DNA of 64,000 nucleotides. It comes from Marsupella aquatica. Its lineage: Eukaryota > Plantae > Marchantiophyta. The position numbers and the translations under genes are program-made. Shown one piece after another: positions 14,880-26,502 of this stretch (position 1 is the stretch's first letter; every line of letters starts with the position of its first letter). The stretch lies in assembly GCA_973895155.1 (NCBI GenBank), contig OZ316898.1, positions 2,517,927 to 2,581,926 on the forward strand. The letters run 5' to 3'. Below the pieces are notes generated by a model. It searched no databases and had not been told where the DNA came from. It saw nothing but the letters and a program-made list of their open reading frames with translations.

Positions 14880-15649
14880 TGTTGGAAAGGGAGGGGGGTG
14901 CCAAAGAGCCAGGATGGGAGACTGGAAGGAGAGAAAGGAAGGGCACAGAAGAGGATATTGAAGAAAAAAGGAAAAAAATGTGAATTTATCTCCCTCCATA
15001 TAGCTAAGGGCGACCACACTTGATTCTGTAACACCCCAGCCGCCCCCTGTCTTGCGTTCCCTCCCATGCTCTCACCCTTGCCACAACATTGCTTTCACAA
15101 TAGCACATTGGGACATACATTGCCTCAATATCTTTGCCTCAACTTGACAATTTTTCTCGCCTTGACATATTTTTCTCAGCTTGACATCTTTTTATCTCCT
15201 CAACTACTTTTTATCATATTGACATGTTTTCTCTCCTTGAGATATTTTCCTCACCCCAATGTTCTTTTCAATCTCACATTGACATCTTTTTCTCACCTTG
15301 CCATCTTTCCTCTCTACACCTTTTTTCTCTTCAACATCTTTTATCACCTCAGCATTTTCTCATGCACCTTGATATATTTTCTCTTCTTGGCATCTCTACT
15401 CATCTCAGCATCATATTTTCATTTTCACATTTTTTCTCTCATGGACATGATTTCCTCACCTTAATATCATTTTCTCATCTTGACATTTTTTTTCTCTCAT
15501 TTAACATTTTTCTCACCTCAACATCTTTTCCTCTCCTCGACATATTTTTCTCATCTCAACATCTTTTTATCTCCTCGATATCTTTTTATCACCTCAATGT
15601 TTTTTTCTCACCTCAACATCTTCTGGGCAACGCATGGGCATCGGGCTAT
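14880..15649 (+). mobile_element. Non-autonomous Helitron-like segment 1 (purine-rich block, ~18-bp minisatellite, decayed 3' terminus); 5' boundary uncertain
   Basis: Array of CCTCAACATCTTTT/CTTGACAT units at ~15130-15620, ending in TCTGGGCAACGCATGGGCATCGGGCTAT, a mutated version of the terminus at 16449. Confidence 0.6.
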
Positions 15650-16449
15650 TTGTATATATATTGTGCAAAAATAATGAGACTTCGCACCCATAAACTATGA
15701 CAAATATTGCTATGGTTTTTCATCACAATTGTCTCACAAAATTTGACTTTTATTGTCCCAAAGAAAGCCTTGGAAGCAAAGCAAAGCAAAGAGGGGGAGA
15801 GGCAAGGAGAAAGGGGAATGGGGGGCACATGGATGAGAAAAGAGGGAGGGAGAAGCTTCATCTTGCCCCATCCGGTCGCAGGTAAGGGGTGGAAAAAGTG
15901 TCAAGTTTATTTTCTCACCTCAAAATCTGTTGCTCTACTTTACATCTTTTTCTGCTCAAAATCTTTTTCTCTCCTTTGCACACGTTTCTCTCCTCAACAT
16001 CTTTTGTTCACCTAGATATATTTTCTCTCCTCAATTTTTTTCTCATCTCAACATCTATTTCTCTTCTCAATATCTTTTCTCTCCTGGACATATGTTTATC
16101 ATTTGGACATCTTTTCTCTCTTTGACATATTTTTCTCTCCTCTACTTCTTTTATCACCTCAACATCTTTTCTTCACCTCGATATCTTTTCTCTCCTCAAC
16201 ATCTTTTCCCTCCTTGACATCTTTTATCGCCTTGACATCTTTTCTCTCCTCGACATCTTCTATCACCTCGACATCTTCTCTCTCCTCGACATCTTCTATC
16301 ACCTCGACATCTTCTAGCACCTCGACATCTTTTGCTCACCTCAACATATTTTCTCTCCTCGGCATCTTTTATCATCTCAACATCTTTTCTCCCCTCGACA
16401 TCTTTTTTCACCTCGACATCTTTTGTGCAACGCACGGGCATTGGGCTAG
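15650..16449 (+). mobile_element. Non-autonomous Helitron-like segment 2 with 3' hairpin and CTAG terminus
   Basis: Purine-rich block ~15780-15900, then an 18-bp unit array (CCTCGACATCTTCTATCA-like) at ~15910-16420, then TTTGTGCAACGCACGGGCATTGGG-CTAG|T (CTAG at 16446-16449). This matches the plant Helitron 3' hairpin + CTRR|T signature. Confidence 0.75.
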
Positions 16450-17576
16450 TAGTACATATAACACTGACAAATGAAATGTGGCAAGGAAACAAGACGTCCA
16501 TCTTTGCAAAATGTGTAGGGTCTCTCACTCACCCGCTCACTCAGTGCTCTATGAAAATTGAGTAACATTAGAAGCATTTTGAACACAAAAGAGGCCCTTA
16601 AGCCTTTGTCACAAAGGCTGTACTTGGCATCTGCCCGGTTCTTGGCTTGGCTGCCCTGTTTTGGAACAGATGGTTGAGATTAGTTGCATCTTTGTTTGCT
16701 TGTAAGGAAAAGTGTGTCCGTTCTTGCCAATCGCGGAAAGAAAGCCGGTACGGCACTATGCGTACATAGCTTGCAAGCTTTCCCCGGGAGAACACCTGCC
16801 GAGGGAGGACCTTTGCACCTGCATTGCTTTTGAATCCTGCGTCAGCTTTTGAATCTTACGTTCAATCATTTTGAAATGCTTTTAATTTGGGCGGCACATC
16901 AGCCGGCCGTAGTGGAGGGGATGACGCTCACTAGTTGCTATGCAGAGCAGACATTCAAAACTCTTCTCTGTTCAAGAATAGTCGATCCTGGAAGTACAAA
17001 TCCCTCCATGGCATTTAGATTAGGCTCATAGAAAGCATTTCCCAAGATGTTTCTAACAAACCCCAAAAATCAGATTCAGTCACATACAAGGGAGATACCA
17101 AATGTCACACTTAGTTGCTCAAAAGTTTCTCAAAACCTTTTGGAAGCTCAAAGTGTGGACATGGAGCAATTTTATTTAAATTCATAATTCTCTCAATTCT
17201 TTATGAAATCTAAAGTTGTTTCCAAGCAGCTCTAATGAGCCCATGAAGAGCCAAATTCCTTAGGATACCAAGAGAGATATACAATGTCAAACCTTGTTAT
17301 GGACGTGTTTTTGGACCAGAAGGGTTTCAATGAATGAAGGTGTTAGAGGTGCCAAGTCTAGAAGGGTTGCATGGTACATGAGCTAGGTCCATAGATCCAC
17401 AGGAGCATCATTTTCCACTTGTGCTGTACCCACACCTCTTGTGTATGGAAACCTATTTTGGTGATACTCTACTGACTTTCTTCAAATGCTCATACTCTTT
17501 ATTGCTGCACTTTTTCTATTAGTTGCCTGTGTGTACAGTGTGCATTCAGCATGCATCCATGGAGATGTTTTATTTA

Positions 17577-17925
17577 CAGTTAATTCTCTCTAAGTGCACA
17601 ATCAAGAAGCACCAGGTGTGCACTAAAATGGGGTTTGCACTAAGTGATAAGTGCAATCTGTAGAATTATGCACTTATTGATAAGAGTTTAGTTTTCCATC
17701 TCTTTGTCAGTGAGTAGTCTTGTGACTCCCCTGCCCTAAATAGTACACCCTTGCACTAAATTTGGTGTCCTACTCCATAATTACAATTTTTAAAGGGTTT
17801 GCAGTTTTCACACTTAAGCAAAATATTTCAGGTCTATTTGCACTTAAAAAAGGTGCAAAATGTGCAAACCCATGCAGTTATCCAGGTATTGCACCTTGGA
17901 TTTTGCACTTAGAGAGAGCTGACTA
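17577..17925. mobile_element. Tc1/mariner (pogo/Tigger-like) MITE, 349 bp
   Basis: 22-bp TIR CAGTTAATTCTCTCTAAGTGCA / TGCACTTAGAGAGAGCTGACTA (18/22 match, all mismatches are transitions). TA flanks both ends (17575-76, 17926-27). Many internal TGCAC sub-repeats. Confidence 0.75.
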
Positions 17926-20900
17926 TATCACACTGACCTTGATGTATTTGGAATCTAAAGTGGAGACCTATGCACATGTTTCTGCATTTGATGAGCACAC
18001 CACGTCAAAGCCCTTGATTGACTTAAATCTGACGGTAGTGGAACTATATGACATGGATTTTTGTAAACAAAGGATTCTCTAACTGGATTTAAAAAAATAA
18101 TGAACAAGCCTTTTTTAAATCTAATAGGGGGTCATCCCCTAGGGTCATCTCAAACCTCCAGATTTAATGTATCTTAACTACTAATCAATAACTGTTTGGA
18201 GTAAAGAATGATACTATGCCATGACCATAGAATCACTGTAGAGGCTAATGTAAAAGCAACTAAATCAGGATCTCCTACAGGCAATGGCTCTAGAACAATA
18301 AGTTTGAATACGGAGATAAGCTAAAAAAACACTAGTAGATTATTCATGGAACAAGTGCATGCACAACGTTCCCATGGTACTCGTCCATAGAGTCCATGCA
18401 AAATGCTATAGAAGCCAAAGTGTTTCTTAATTTCATTCCTTTGGTATTCTTTTATTCATAGTAGTAAAAGTGTTCTTATGTTCCTTTGGTGTTCCTTTTT
18501 TCATAGTAACCGAATGGTTTCTTATGTTACCTTGGTAAATGTAACACTAGTTGGATCGGTTTCTTTATATCCATAATTATTCCAAAACTTGCTAATTAAA
18601 TAGAAAACTCATACAATCTACTGGAAAACACTAAGATAACACATCCAAAGGTTATTTTCTTTTACCCCTTTTTCACCCCTTTCTTTGCTTATTTGAAATG
18701 TTTTTTTTCCAGTTTTCAATTGTTTTTACATTTACAAGGTCTAACTATTTTTCTTTGACTTGTTTCAAACACACAAAGTCTTGTTTGGTGTATTGCCTAA
18801 CAAACTTTTCTTGTTTGTGACCAATAGTGCTTATGTGGCTGCCCGTGTTTCCAGAGATTTTGGAAGGAACTTCCCATGGGGGTCCGTAATTATGTTCAAG
18901 TCAAACTAGCCCCGACTACCTGTTCTTTGAACGTGAATAGCGGAGAGGACAATAAAAGTGTCACCAAAGTATATTTCATATTCACATTCTTTGAATGTTA
19001 ATGAAATACTAAAACATTGTCATGCATGTCATTATTTCAATAATCATACATAACTCCTCTCTATATACATTCTTCTTTCTATGCACATATGTTATGGTGG
19101 GGCCATAGAGTACATTTTTAGAATGTAAATAGAAATCATACCAAAAGGCGTGTATGATAATTATCATTTGACATACGTCATAGTCATAAGTTTTACCATT
19201 CACATGGAGTTACGGTCTAGAGGCTTCACTCTAGAAGCCTAGCCCTCAACTCTAGCTTGTAGTTGGCGATTTATAAGTAGGATTAATGTCACATCATAAC
19301 ATGATCATGTTCAACTTTCAATGTTGTATGACTTTCAAGCTTCAAGAGGGCGGAATGCCGGGCCAGGGCAGCAAGTGGTTTGCCTTGGTGCCTTACTGTA
19401 AGTAGTGGGTAATTCCAAAAGCATGAAGAAACTGAAAATTTTTAAAATTTTTTACGGTGTTTAGACTGCAATTATTGCTAACTGTAACTAAAACAGCATT
19501 CAAAGTTACTAAGTTCCTAAGTTACGAGTAAACTCAGTTTACGAGTTTACTAGTTCACTGCTTTATGAGTTACACCTTAAGATTTGGCGACTCTGTGATC
19601 GTGACATCTTACAACTAGTTCAACGGGACTCCACAACGGATGAAGAGCTCACCTTGAAAGGGAAGGAATGCAAGACATAGGCGCTCATTACTGACTTCTC
19701 TTCCACCTTACCTCTCAAACTCTGCCCAGCTTCAACCGGTATTTCAGAGATGTCAAATGGAGACTTCGACCCTTCTATTCCAGGAGATGAATAGTGATGA
19801 GTTTCTGCATCACTATCCCCAAGTATATGCTGCCACCTGCAACAACTATGATGTGATCGGGATGTACAGAGAAGCTCTTCGTATAGATTCCTGTTATTTG
19901 ATGAAGAGAATGCCTTTGATGTATCCTGAGAGACAACTGAGGTGCCTACCATACTCCAGAGGATCCCCACGCCAAGCTAAGCTGATAGAGGTTACCCAGA
20001 ACCGAATTGTTACCCTTGTGGAGTTACTAGAACCAGAGGACATCCGACAGCAAGCTTGAAGAAGTCTCTAAGTGTTCTTAGTTAGTTTTTAGAGTAGTGC
20101 ATCTTATCTGATTTTTAGAAATGTGTTCTAGAGCTTTAGAAGCTGTCATACTTCTTTAGGCTGTAGTCTGTACCTAGGAAACCCTGCTGGAAAAATTTCA
20201 GAGTTTTCCGAACCAGGAGTAGAAAGTTAAAAATAGTTGAATCTACTCAATTTTTAGTATACCGAAATTAAGAGTTTAAGAGTTTAAGTTTTTACGTTTT
20301 TAAGAGTTTAAGTTTTTAAGAGTTTAAGAGTTCATACTTAGCCATTTTTTCCGGCTTTCCACTTATTGAATCGCCATTTTAAAATTTTGAGGGGTATGAA
20401 GAGGCATGTCTCTTCGACCCTGTGACCTCTTATTCTGTAGTTCATCACTATTTATACCTCTTCCCCTAGTGTAGAGAGATGGTTAAGTTCTGCATTTTTG
20501 CCTCCCTTTTGTTAAGTCTATTGATTCTGAACCTACGAGTTCTAAATCAGACTTAATAATTGGAGAGACTTACCTCCTTCTTGTATTTTGGAATCCAAAT
20601 ACTTGAAGTAAAACCTCAGTTATGAATCTCGTGAATTATAATGTCAGATTCCGCTTTGGTGACACATTGTAATCTCACAAGTTCTTAGAGTTAACTCATT
20701 GAGTTTAAGTTACATTGGAAATGATGTTTTCACCTTCATGTTGCTTAGTACCATCTAAATGCTGAAGTATTTATCCTTTTAGATCTTGACTAAGTATCAC
20801 TTAGGAAGAAAGGTCAAGACATGTTGCCGGCATTTTAAAAGGATACTCTAGTATGCAGTTTAGATCTGAAAAGCCGTGTGGATTTGGATTCCCTTAAAGT

Positions 20901-21390
20901 CATTCCATTATTACTTATGTCTAAGGAGTAACCTTGGTCTATTCCAGACTCCCTTAAGCATACTCTGAGAGATTTTTCCTTGTGTTTTGTTAATTGCAAT
21001 CTTTTGCTTAATTGAAGGTTATCTGATGTTGAGTTATCATCAAAAACTACTCACCGCTGTGGAGCGATCTTCAAAGTACCTGATTAAAGTAGTCAAGATT
21101 GATTACTATGTGTGACACAAGAGCTTAAAGCTTTGTTTTTAGTTTATTACATCAAACCAACCCCATCTTGTTCTTAAAGGGAACGAATACCGAGTTTGGA
21201 GACTTTAAAATGTGATTTTTGGTTCTCTATGGCAAACTACACTTACTAGAAGTCCTTTGTTCCAAAAACTTTTTTTCTGCAAGTCATTTCTTTGAGTTTT
21301 AGTAAGCTTAGTCCTAAATAATAATATACCCCCAGGGGCCTCACCCACAGGTGCGGTTGCCGATGGCGGGGGACCGGCCAAGAGACCAGA

Positions 21391-22358
21391 AAATGATGAT
21401 AAATGGGCAGGATTGGATATTATATGTGTAACGGTCCATCTGGGAAGGGGTGTTCATGTTGAACTAAGACGTCATTCGCAACGACCATACAACCATGACT
21501 CATTCCATGCACACGTAGTCGACACAATCTCTACGTGGTTCACCTCTTCTCCAAGGCTACGTCCACACGAACACTCAAGCTTTACTTCAAGAGTAGATTA
21601 ACACACATGCTCTCTCTCTTCCTCCTGTTGTTCTGTTACAATGAGTAAGCACCACCCACCAGCGGCTTACACTAGCCCTGGTATATACAAGGTCACACAC
21701 GACTAATCTAACCTCAGCTAAGATCCTAACTGTGGTTAGCCTAAGTGCCGTAACCTATGAGTCACAAGACTAAGAGCAATCCTTAACAGTTCACTCATGC
21801 AGTCATGGAGGCTTTTGTTCCTCTAATAAGGAAGCTTCATATTTAAGGAGTATGAGGGTTCTGGCCATAACTCTTTGAGAGAGTAGGTTTTTTCCTGTTA
21901 ATTTCACAAATCTCTATATGGCTTATGGTCATTGCATGTGCGTACCAATCTTTATGCTTATTGTTATGGATCATGAATTTGGTACTTTTTCATGAACGAT
22001 CATGATTTCTTCCTCCCAAATGATGATAAATGGGCAGGATTGAATATTTTAATGTGCAAAGGTCCATCCAGGAAGGGGTGTTCACTGATTCAGTCATGGA
22101 GGCTTTTGTTTCTCTAATAAGGGTGTCTCAAAGCTTCCTATTTAAGGAGTATGATGGCTTTTGGCCATAACTTATTAAGAGAGTAGGTTTATTTCTGTTT
22201 ATTTCACTAATCTTTATCATGGCTTATGGTCCTGGCATATAATCAATCTTTATGCTTTAAATTTATGGATCATGAATTTGGTACTTTTTCATGAAAGATC
22301 ATGATTTCTTCCTCCCAAATGATGATAAATGGACAGGATTGGATATTATAGTGTGTAA
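21391..22358. repeat. ~299-bp tandem repeat (about 2.1 units), first unit interrupted by a solo LTR
   Basis: AAATGATGATAAATGG(G/A)CAGGATTG recurs at 21391, 22018 and 22317. Segment 21800-22075 aligns with 22091-22358. Confidence 0.9.
21457..21788 (-). mobile_element. Solo LTR (332 bp), probably Ty1/Copia
   Basis: TGTTGA...TTAACA termini with a perfect 5-bp TSD GTTCA (21452-56 and 21789-93). The uninterrupted site GGGGTGTTCACT is present in the next repeat unit (~22075). The TACGTGGTTCACC...GGCTACGTCCAC motif resembles reverse-oriented Copia LTRs (from memory). Confidence 0.88.
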
Positions 22359-23430
22359 TACCTGTGCTTCTGCACAATAAAGATTCCAGTACCCAGACAC
22401 CTTGTGTCTGCACTACTCACAAGAATAGTCTACACTAGATATCAGAAACATTGGTACAGGAGAAGTTAGCATTCTAGTTTCAATCTATGAAATAAGTGAT
22501 AAATGGGGGACTCTGATTAAAAATAGCTAGAAGTATAGGTGGATTCTACCCCCCCTATTTCTATTTGACAACAATACCTGTAATTTTACAGATTTCTTTT
22601 TGGACAATTCAAGTTTTTTCTAGCTTGAAACCATCCACCCCTGCATTCGACTTTAAAGGGAACTCCTTTACTCCAATTTTTTCTTTTGGAAAAGAATACT
22701 TAGGTGCTCCTAATTCCAAAGGATTAGCTAGCACCACTTTCGTTTTAGCAAGCACCACTATCTCAAAAGGTTTGCCTGTCATAAGGGAAACAAACTGGGC
22801 TCATGATCTGAACAATTTCTGGTTGACTGTACCACCAAATGGTTGACCCCTGACAGGTAGAGAAGTAGTGATCATTGAACTTCTGTCAGCCCACCTTAAA
22901 GCAAGGAGAAATAATTACTTTAATATGGATTATCAAACTATTAATACATCTATTACAGTTAACATAGAGTAATTAAAAGAAACTAACCCAAATGCCCAAA
23001 CTTTGATTAAATGGTGAATAATATTGAGCACTTTCATGTTCACCCCAATTGTGGCTATGCTCCTAGAGTTACTACCTAGGGGCTTCACTATGGTCGTAAT
23101 GAGTTACGAGTTGGACTGAGTTACAAGAACGGCCATAAAAGTTGCAGGAGGCCAAATTCGGCTTCCATAAGAAAGTGCCACAGCTGCTGATCAAAACCTG
23201 CAACTTTAACTCTGAGACTTTGAATTCGCGTCTCACAAGATTACGTCATCTCGGGACATAACGACATGCCAATCAATATGTATTATTAGAATGCTATTGT
23301 CACCTATTGTCAAGATAATAGGCTTGGGCTTGTCCAACATGGATGAGCCAAAAACTCTTACTCTGACCGGGAGTACCCATAACTCATCCCTTATGGCATG
23401 GGTCAATGCATATCCCCCCTGCAACCAATA

Positions 23431-23597
23431 GGGCGTGTCAAAATTCTCCTGTAACATTTTGGTTACGGCTTAATTTTTTTGGACATACCACCCTTAGGGG
23501 GTACATATTCTGGTCACCCGTAATGATTCTGTCCTGACCATAAGTGCGTTTTATGTCCTGAGCCGTAACTCAGGTACAACTGTGCTTTGACATGCCC
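23431..23597. mobile_element. Possible Tourist-like MITE or subterminal inverted motif, 167 bp
   Basis: TA-GGGCGTGTCAAA ... TTTGACATGCCC-TA inverted pair. Related motifs at 23261 and 23675 suggest it may be part of a larger element. Confidence 0.45.
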
Positions 23598-26502
23598 TAA
23601 TGGCCCGTAAAATCTGGTCATAAGTTATTTTATGGGCATAATTGGTGTCCTGTAACTTTTCCTTATGGTCCTGCTTTGAGATGCCATACTATAAACATAG
23701 TCCCTTAACTTTAGATTGAGCTCTGTTGGATAAACTAACCTAACTAGGGATGTATGGCCCTTTGGTTTGTTCTCCTTCTCTTGCTTCCAACCCGGGCAAG
23801 ACACTTGCCCCTTTTGGGCTGTTGTTCCAGGTGTTTGCCCTGCTGCCTTTGTTGGAGTTCTCCTTTATTTAGATGGCCTTTCTGGGTTCCCCATCCTTGT
23901 GGTTTGGGGGGAAACCCTGAATAAGTTAAAATAGCTGTATATATAGATAAATTTTTGGGATCTTTAAATCCAAGTCACTGAGTTGGATATGGATCGCCTA
24001 TATTCGGCCAAATAATAAACCCAGCGTGTGAACGAGTTCCGTCCATCCATCTCCGTCCATATGTCCATGCATCCACCACCCGTCCGAGGAGAACAGCAAA
24101 CAGAGAGAGCGCGAGAGGAAGAAGACAGACAGAAAAGCTATGGCGTTCCGATGGAGTCGCCTGCCATGGAAAGACGGGTGGAGGAGCAGTGATGGCGCGC
24201 CAGGAAACAGGGGAGTGCTTCAACGGAGATTCCGTGGGCAGGAGGACCTCAGCCCTCAGGCGCAGATGAATCCACGGACGTAATGAAAAGCAATGGGGGA
24301 GATTTTACCAGATTTCGATTCAAAGATCCGATCGCAGTTTGCGGTGTCGGTTGTGGGATGCGGATTAAACCGCTGCTGCAGTTCTCGGATGGTGCGGAAA
24401 TTGCGCAGAAGGGTGGGGGGAACTCCGGAACTGGGATGACGGGCAGTATGGGCTGAAACTGCTACAGTCCCACTCGCTGCGGATATTTTTAATTGCGAAA
24501 AGTGGTGGTGGGATGGATTTTGTTGCAAAGCGCAGTGTGTGGGGCCAGCGATGTCCTTTTTGATTTGGTACTGAGTCGATGATCTTCTTGTTGTGCGCAC
24601 TGGGATGCCGCGATGAGAGGGTGGCGTAGTATGTACTATGGTGGAAGGCTTGGCTGGCTTCGACATCACTGCTCTGCTGGCATCTGCTGCTGCCTCTTCT
24701 GCTGCTGTCTACTGTACAGTTCTGCGAGGCGGGCTTTGTTGGGTTGATGGACCGGACAAATGGACAAATGGAGCCAACCAGGGTGAGGGCAGAGGAGCAG
24801 GGCCCGGAGGACGGGGGCAGGATGGTCCCACGTCTATGCTTGGTCAAAGAGAGGAATAGTTCTGGTCAAAGAGTTTTCAATTGCGGTCAAGCGACTGAAG
24901 CGAGATATGCCCGCTGTTTGAATGAGCTCCGGAGTAATAAATTAATTAATGAGATGGTGGTGGTCCGATGAATTTGTGTTCATGTGTTGGTGTACAGAGG
25001 AGGAGGTGGGAACAGGACGGGGAGGGAGGGGAGATATTTGTCGTGAGTGAATCATCATCTTCCACTCCTGGATTCTTCTGGGAGGGTACGACGGTGTGGC
25101 ATGATTGCTACTGTGGTTCTGTTCTCATCAGTTCAGATGAATGCACCATCTCCGCTGCTGAATTGAGTGTTGGGAGGAAGGCTTCTTCCTCAAAACCTTC
25201 GTCCACGGACCGGGGATGGTGATTGTCCTTGCTTTCTGGCGGAATCAGGGGAGAGACAAAGGAGAGAGAGATAGGTAGGTGTGGATGGATCATGGATGTA
25301 TTGGAGGGTTCGGGAAAGTAGGAGAACGGCAGTTGCTCGCATTTGGAAAAAAGTGGACAAGTTAATATGGCGTGAGGAAGGAACTGAGTGAATGACGATA
25401 GAGTGAGTGGCCTCTTCCCAACGTACTATGACGACGACAACGTCACCCTGAATTCGCTCCTGCTGCGCTGCTGTTCTCATTCTCCAGCCGAGGCACCGGC
25501 GCGTACAACTTGTACAGCACCACAGGAAGTGCACGGTAGAATTAATCAGCCTGCTCTATTGCGCAAGCATCATCTCATCAGTCAGGAAGGAGAGGGAAGA
25601 GGCAATCATCCAGCACAGCGATGCTGACACAGTAGTACCTCCCAACACGGACGCACGAGCGCTGTTGGGCATTCATAACTGGTCGTCCCTCACTATCCAT
25701 CTTCTACTGTTGTGGTGTGCCAGTCTGGTCAAGTACTCCAGGGCAGGCCACTTCATCACCCACACCAACATCAGACAGACCGAGACCGAGAGATAGAGAA
25801 GGAAGGAGAGCAAAAGGAAGAAGCAAGGCGCCCGTCCAACCAACCAAATACCCATTCATCCATCGTTAAAAGTGAACTCGGATCAGTGTCACACCCCTTC
25901 AGTTCCTACTGTTGTTATCCGCTTAATTACCCGCCTGCCAGGCTAGGCCAGGCGCCAGGGAAGGGAACGGAAGGGAGGGAGGGAGGGAGGGAGGGAGGGA
26001 AGCAAGTCGGTCGGTGTCAGACAGACACTACTGGGCCTTTTATTCTGTTTCGGGCGCGCATCGCTCTCCCCCCTGTCTGCTTTGGTGGCTTGTGTCGGAT
26101 GCATGCCCTTGACTCACTCTGCTCCTAGGCACGACGAGGGCGTTCCCTGTCTACAGTAAAGTCCGTTTTAGTCAGCACCACCGACAGGTACTGAGGGGGC
26201 AGGACATTCAAGGACTTTTCACTGGAAGGCAGACCATACGAGGTGCTACTTCTGGCCGACGAGGGAAGGAAACAGAGAATGCCGTTGGAATTGGGCACTT
26301 GTGCTGGCGTGGAGGGTTTGGAAAGGAGGGGAAATTGATGAGATGTGTGAGGGAGGAGGAGGAGGAGGGTGAGGGGAAGACGAAGAAGATTCTCGTCGGC
26401 CAGGATTGCAGGCATTGTCAATTGCTCCTGCAGTAATTGCCTTAGCGGGTAACGAGGCAGGGGAGGGTTTCTCGTAAGGCAGAGCTTTCACGACAGGAAG
26501 CC

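Noticed and set aside
15900-16430. Regularly spaced repeats superficially like a CRISPR array
   Set aside because: Units are contiguous 18-mers without unique spacers, the context is eukaryotic and there are no cas genes.
15066-16565. Many overlapping 60-160-aa F/L/S-rich or RRCRG-repeat ORFs
   Set aside because: Artefacts of the stop-poor 18-bp pyrimidine-rich minisatellite.
19585-19596. TGGCGACTCTG, Ogre/Tat PBS-like
   Set aside because: Only an 11-nt match, not preceded by a CA LTR end, and no gag follows.
21328-21390. Short GC-rich stretch reminiscent of an RTE 5' end or HDV-like ribozyme
   Set aside because: The nested pseudoknot pairings could not be built and the segment is too short to support a call.
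25590-25610. AGGGAAGAGGCA partial complement to miR408
   Set aside because: Only ~12 contiguous matches in a purine-rich tract, no precursor fold-back and no evident target CDS.
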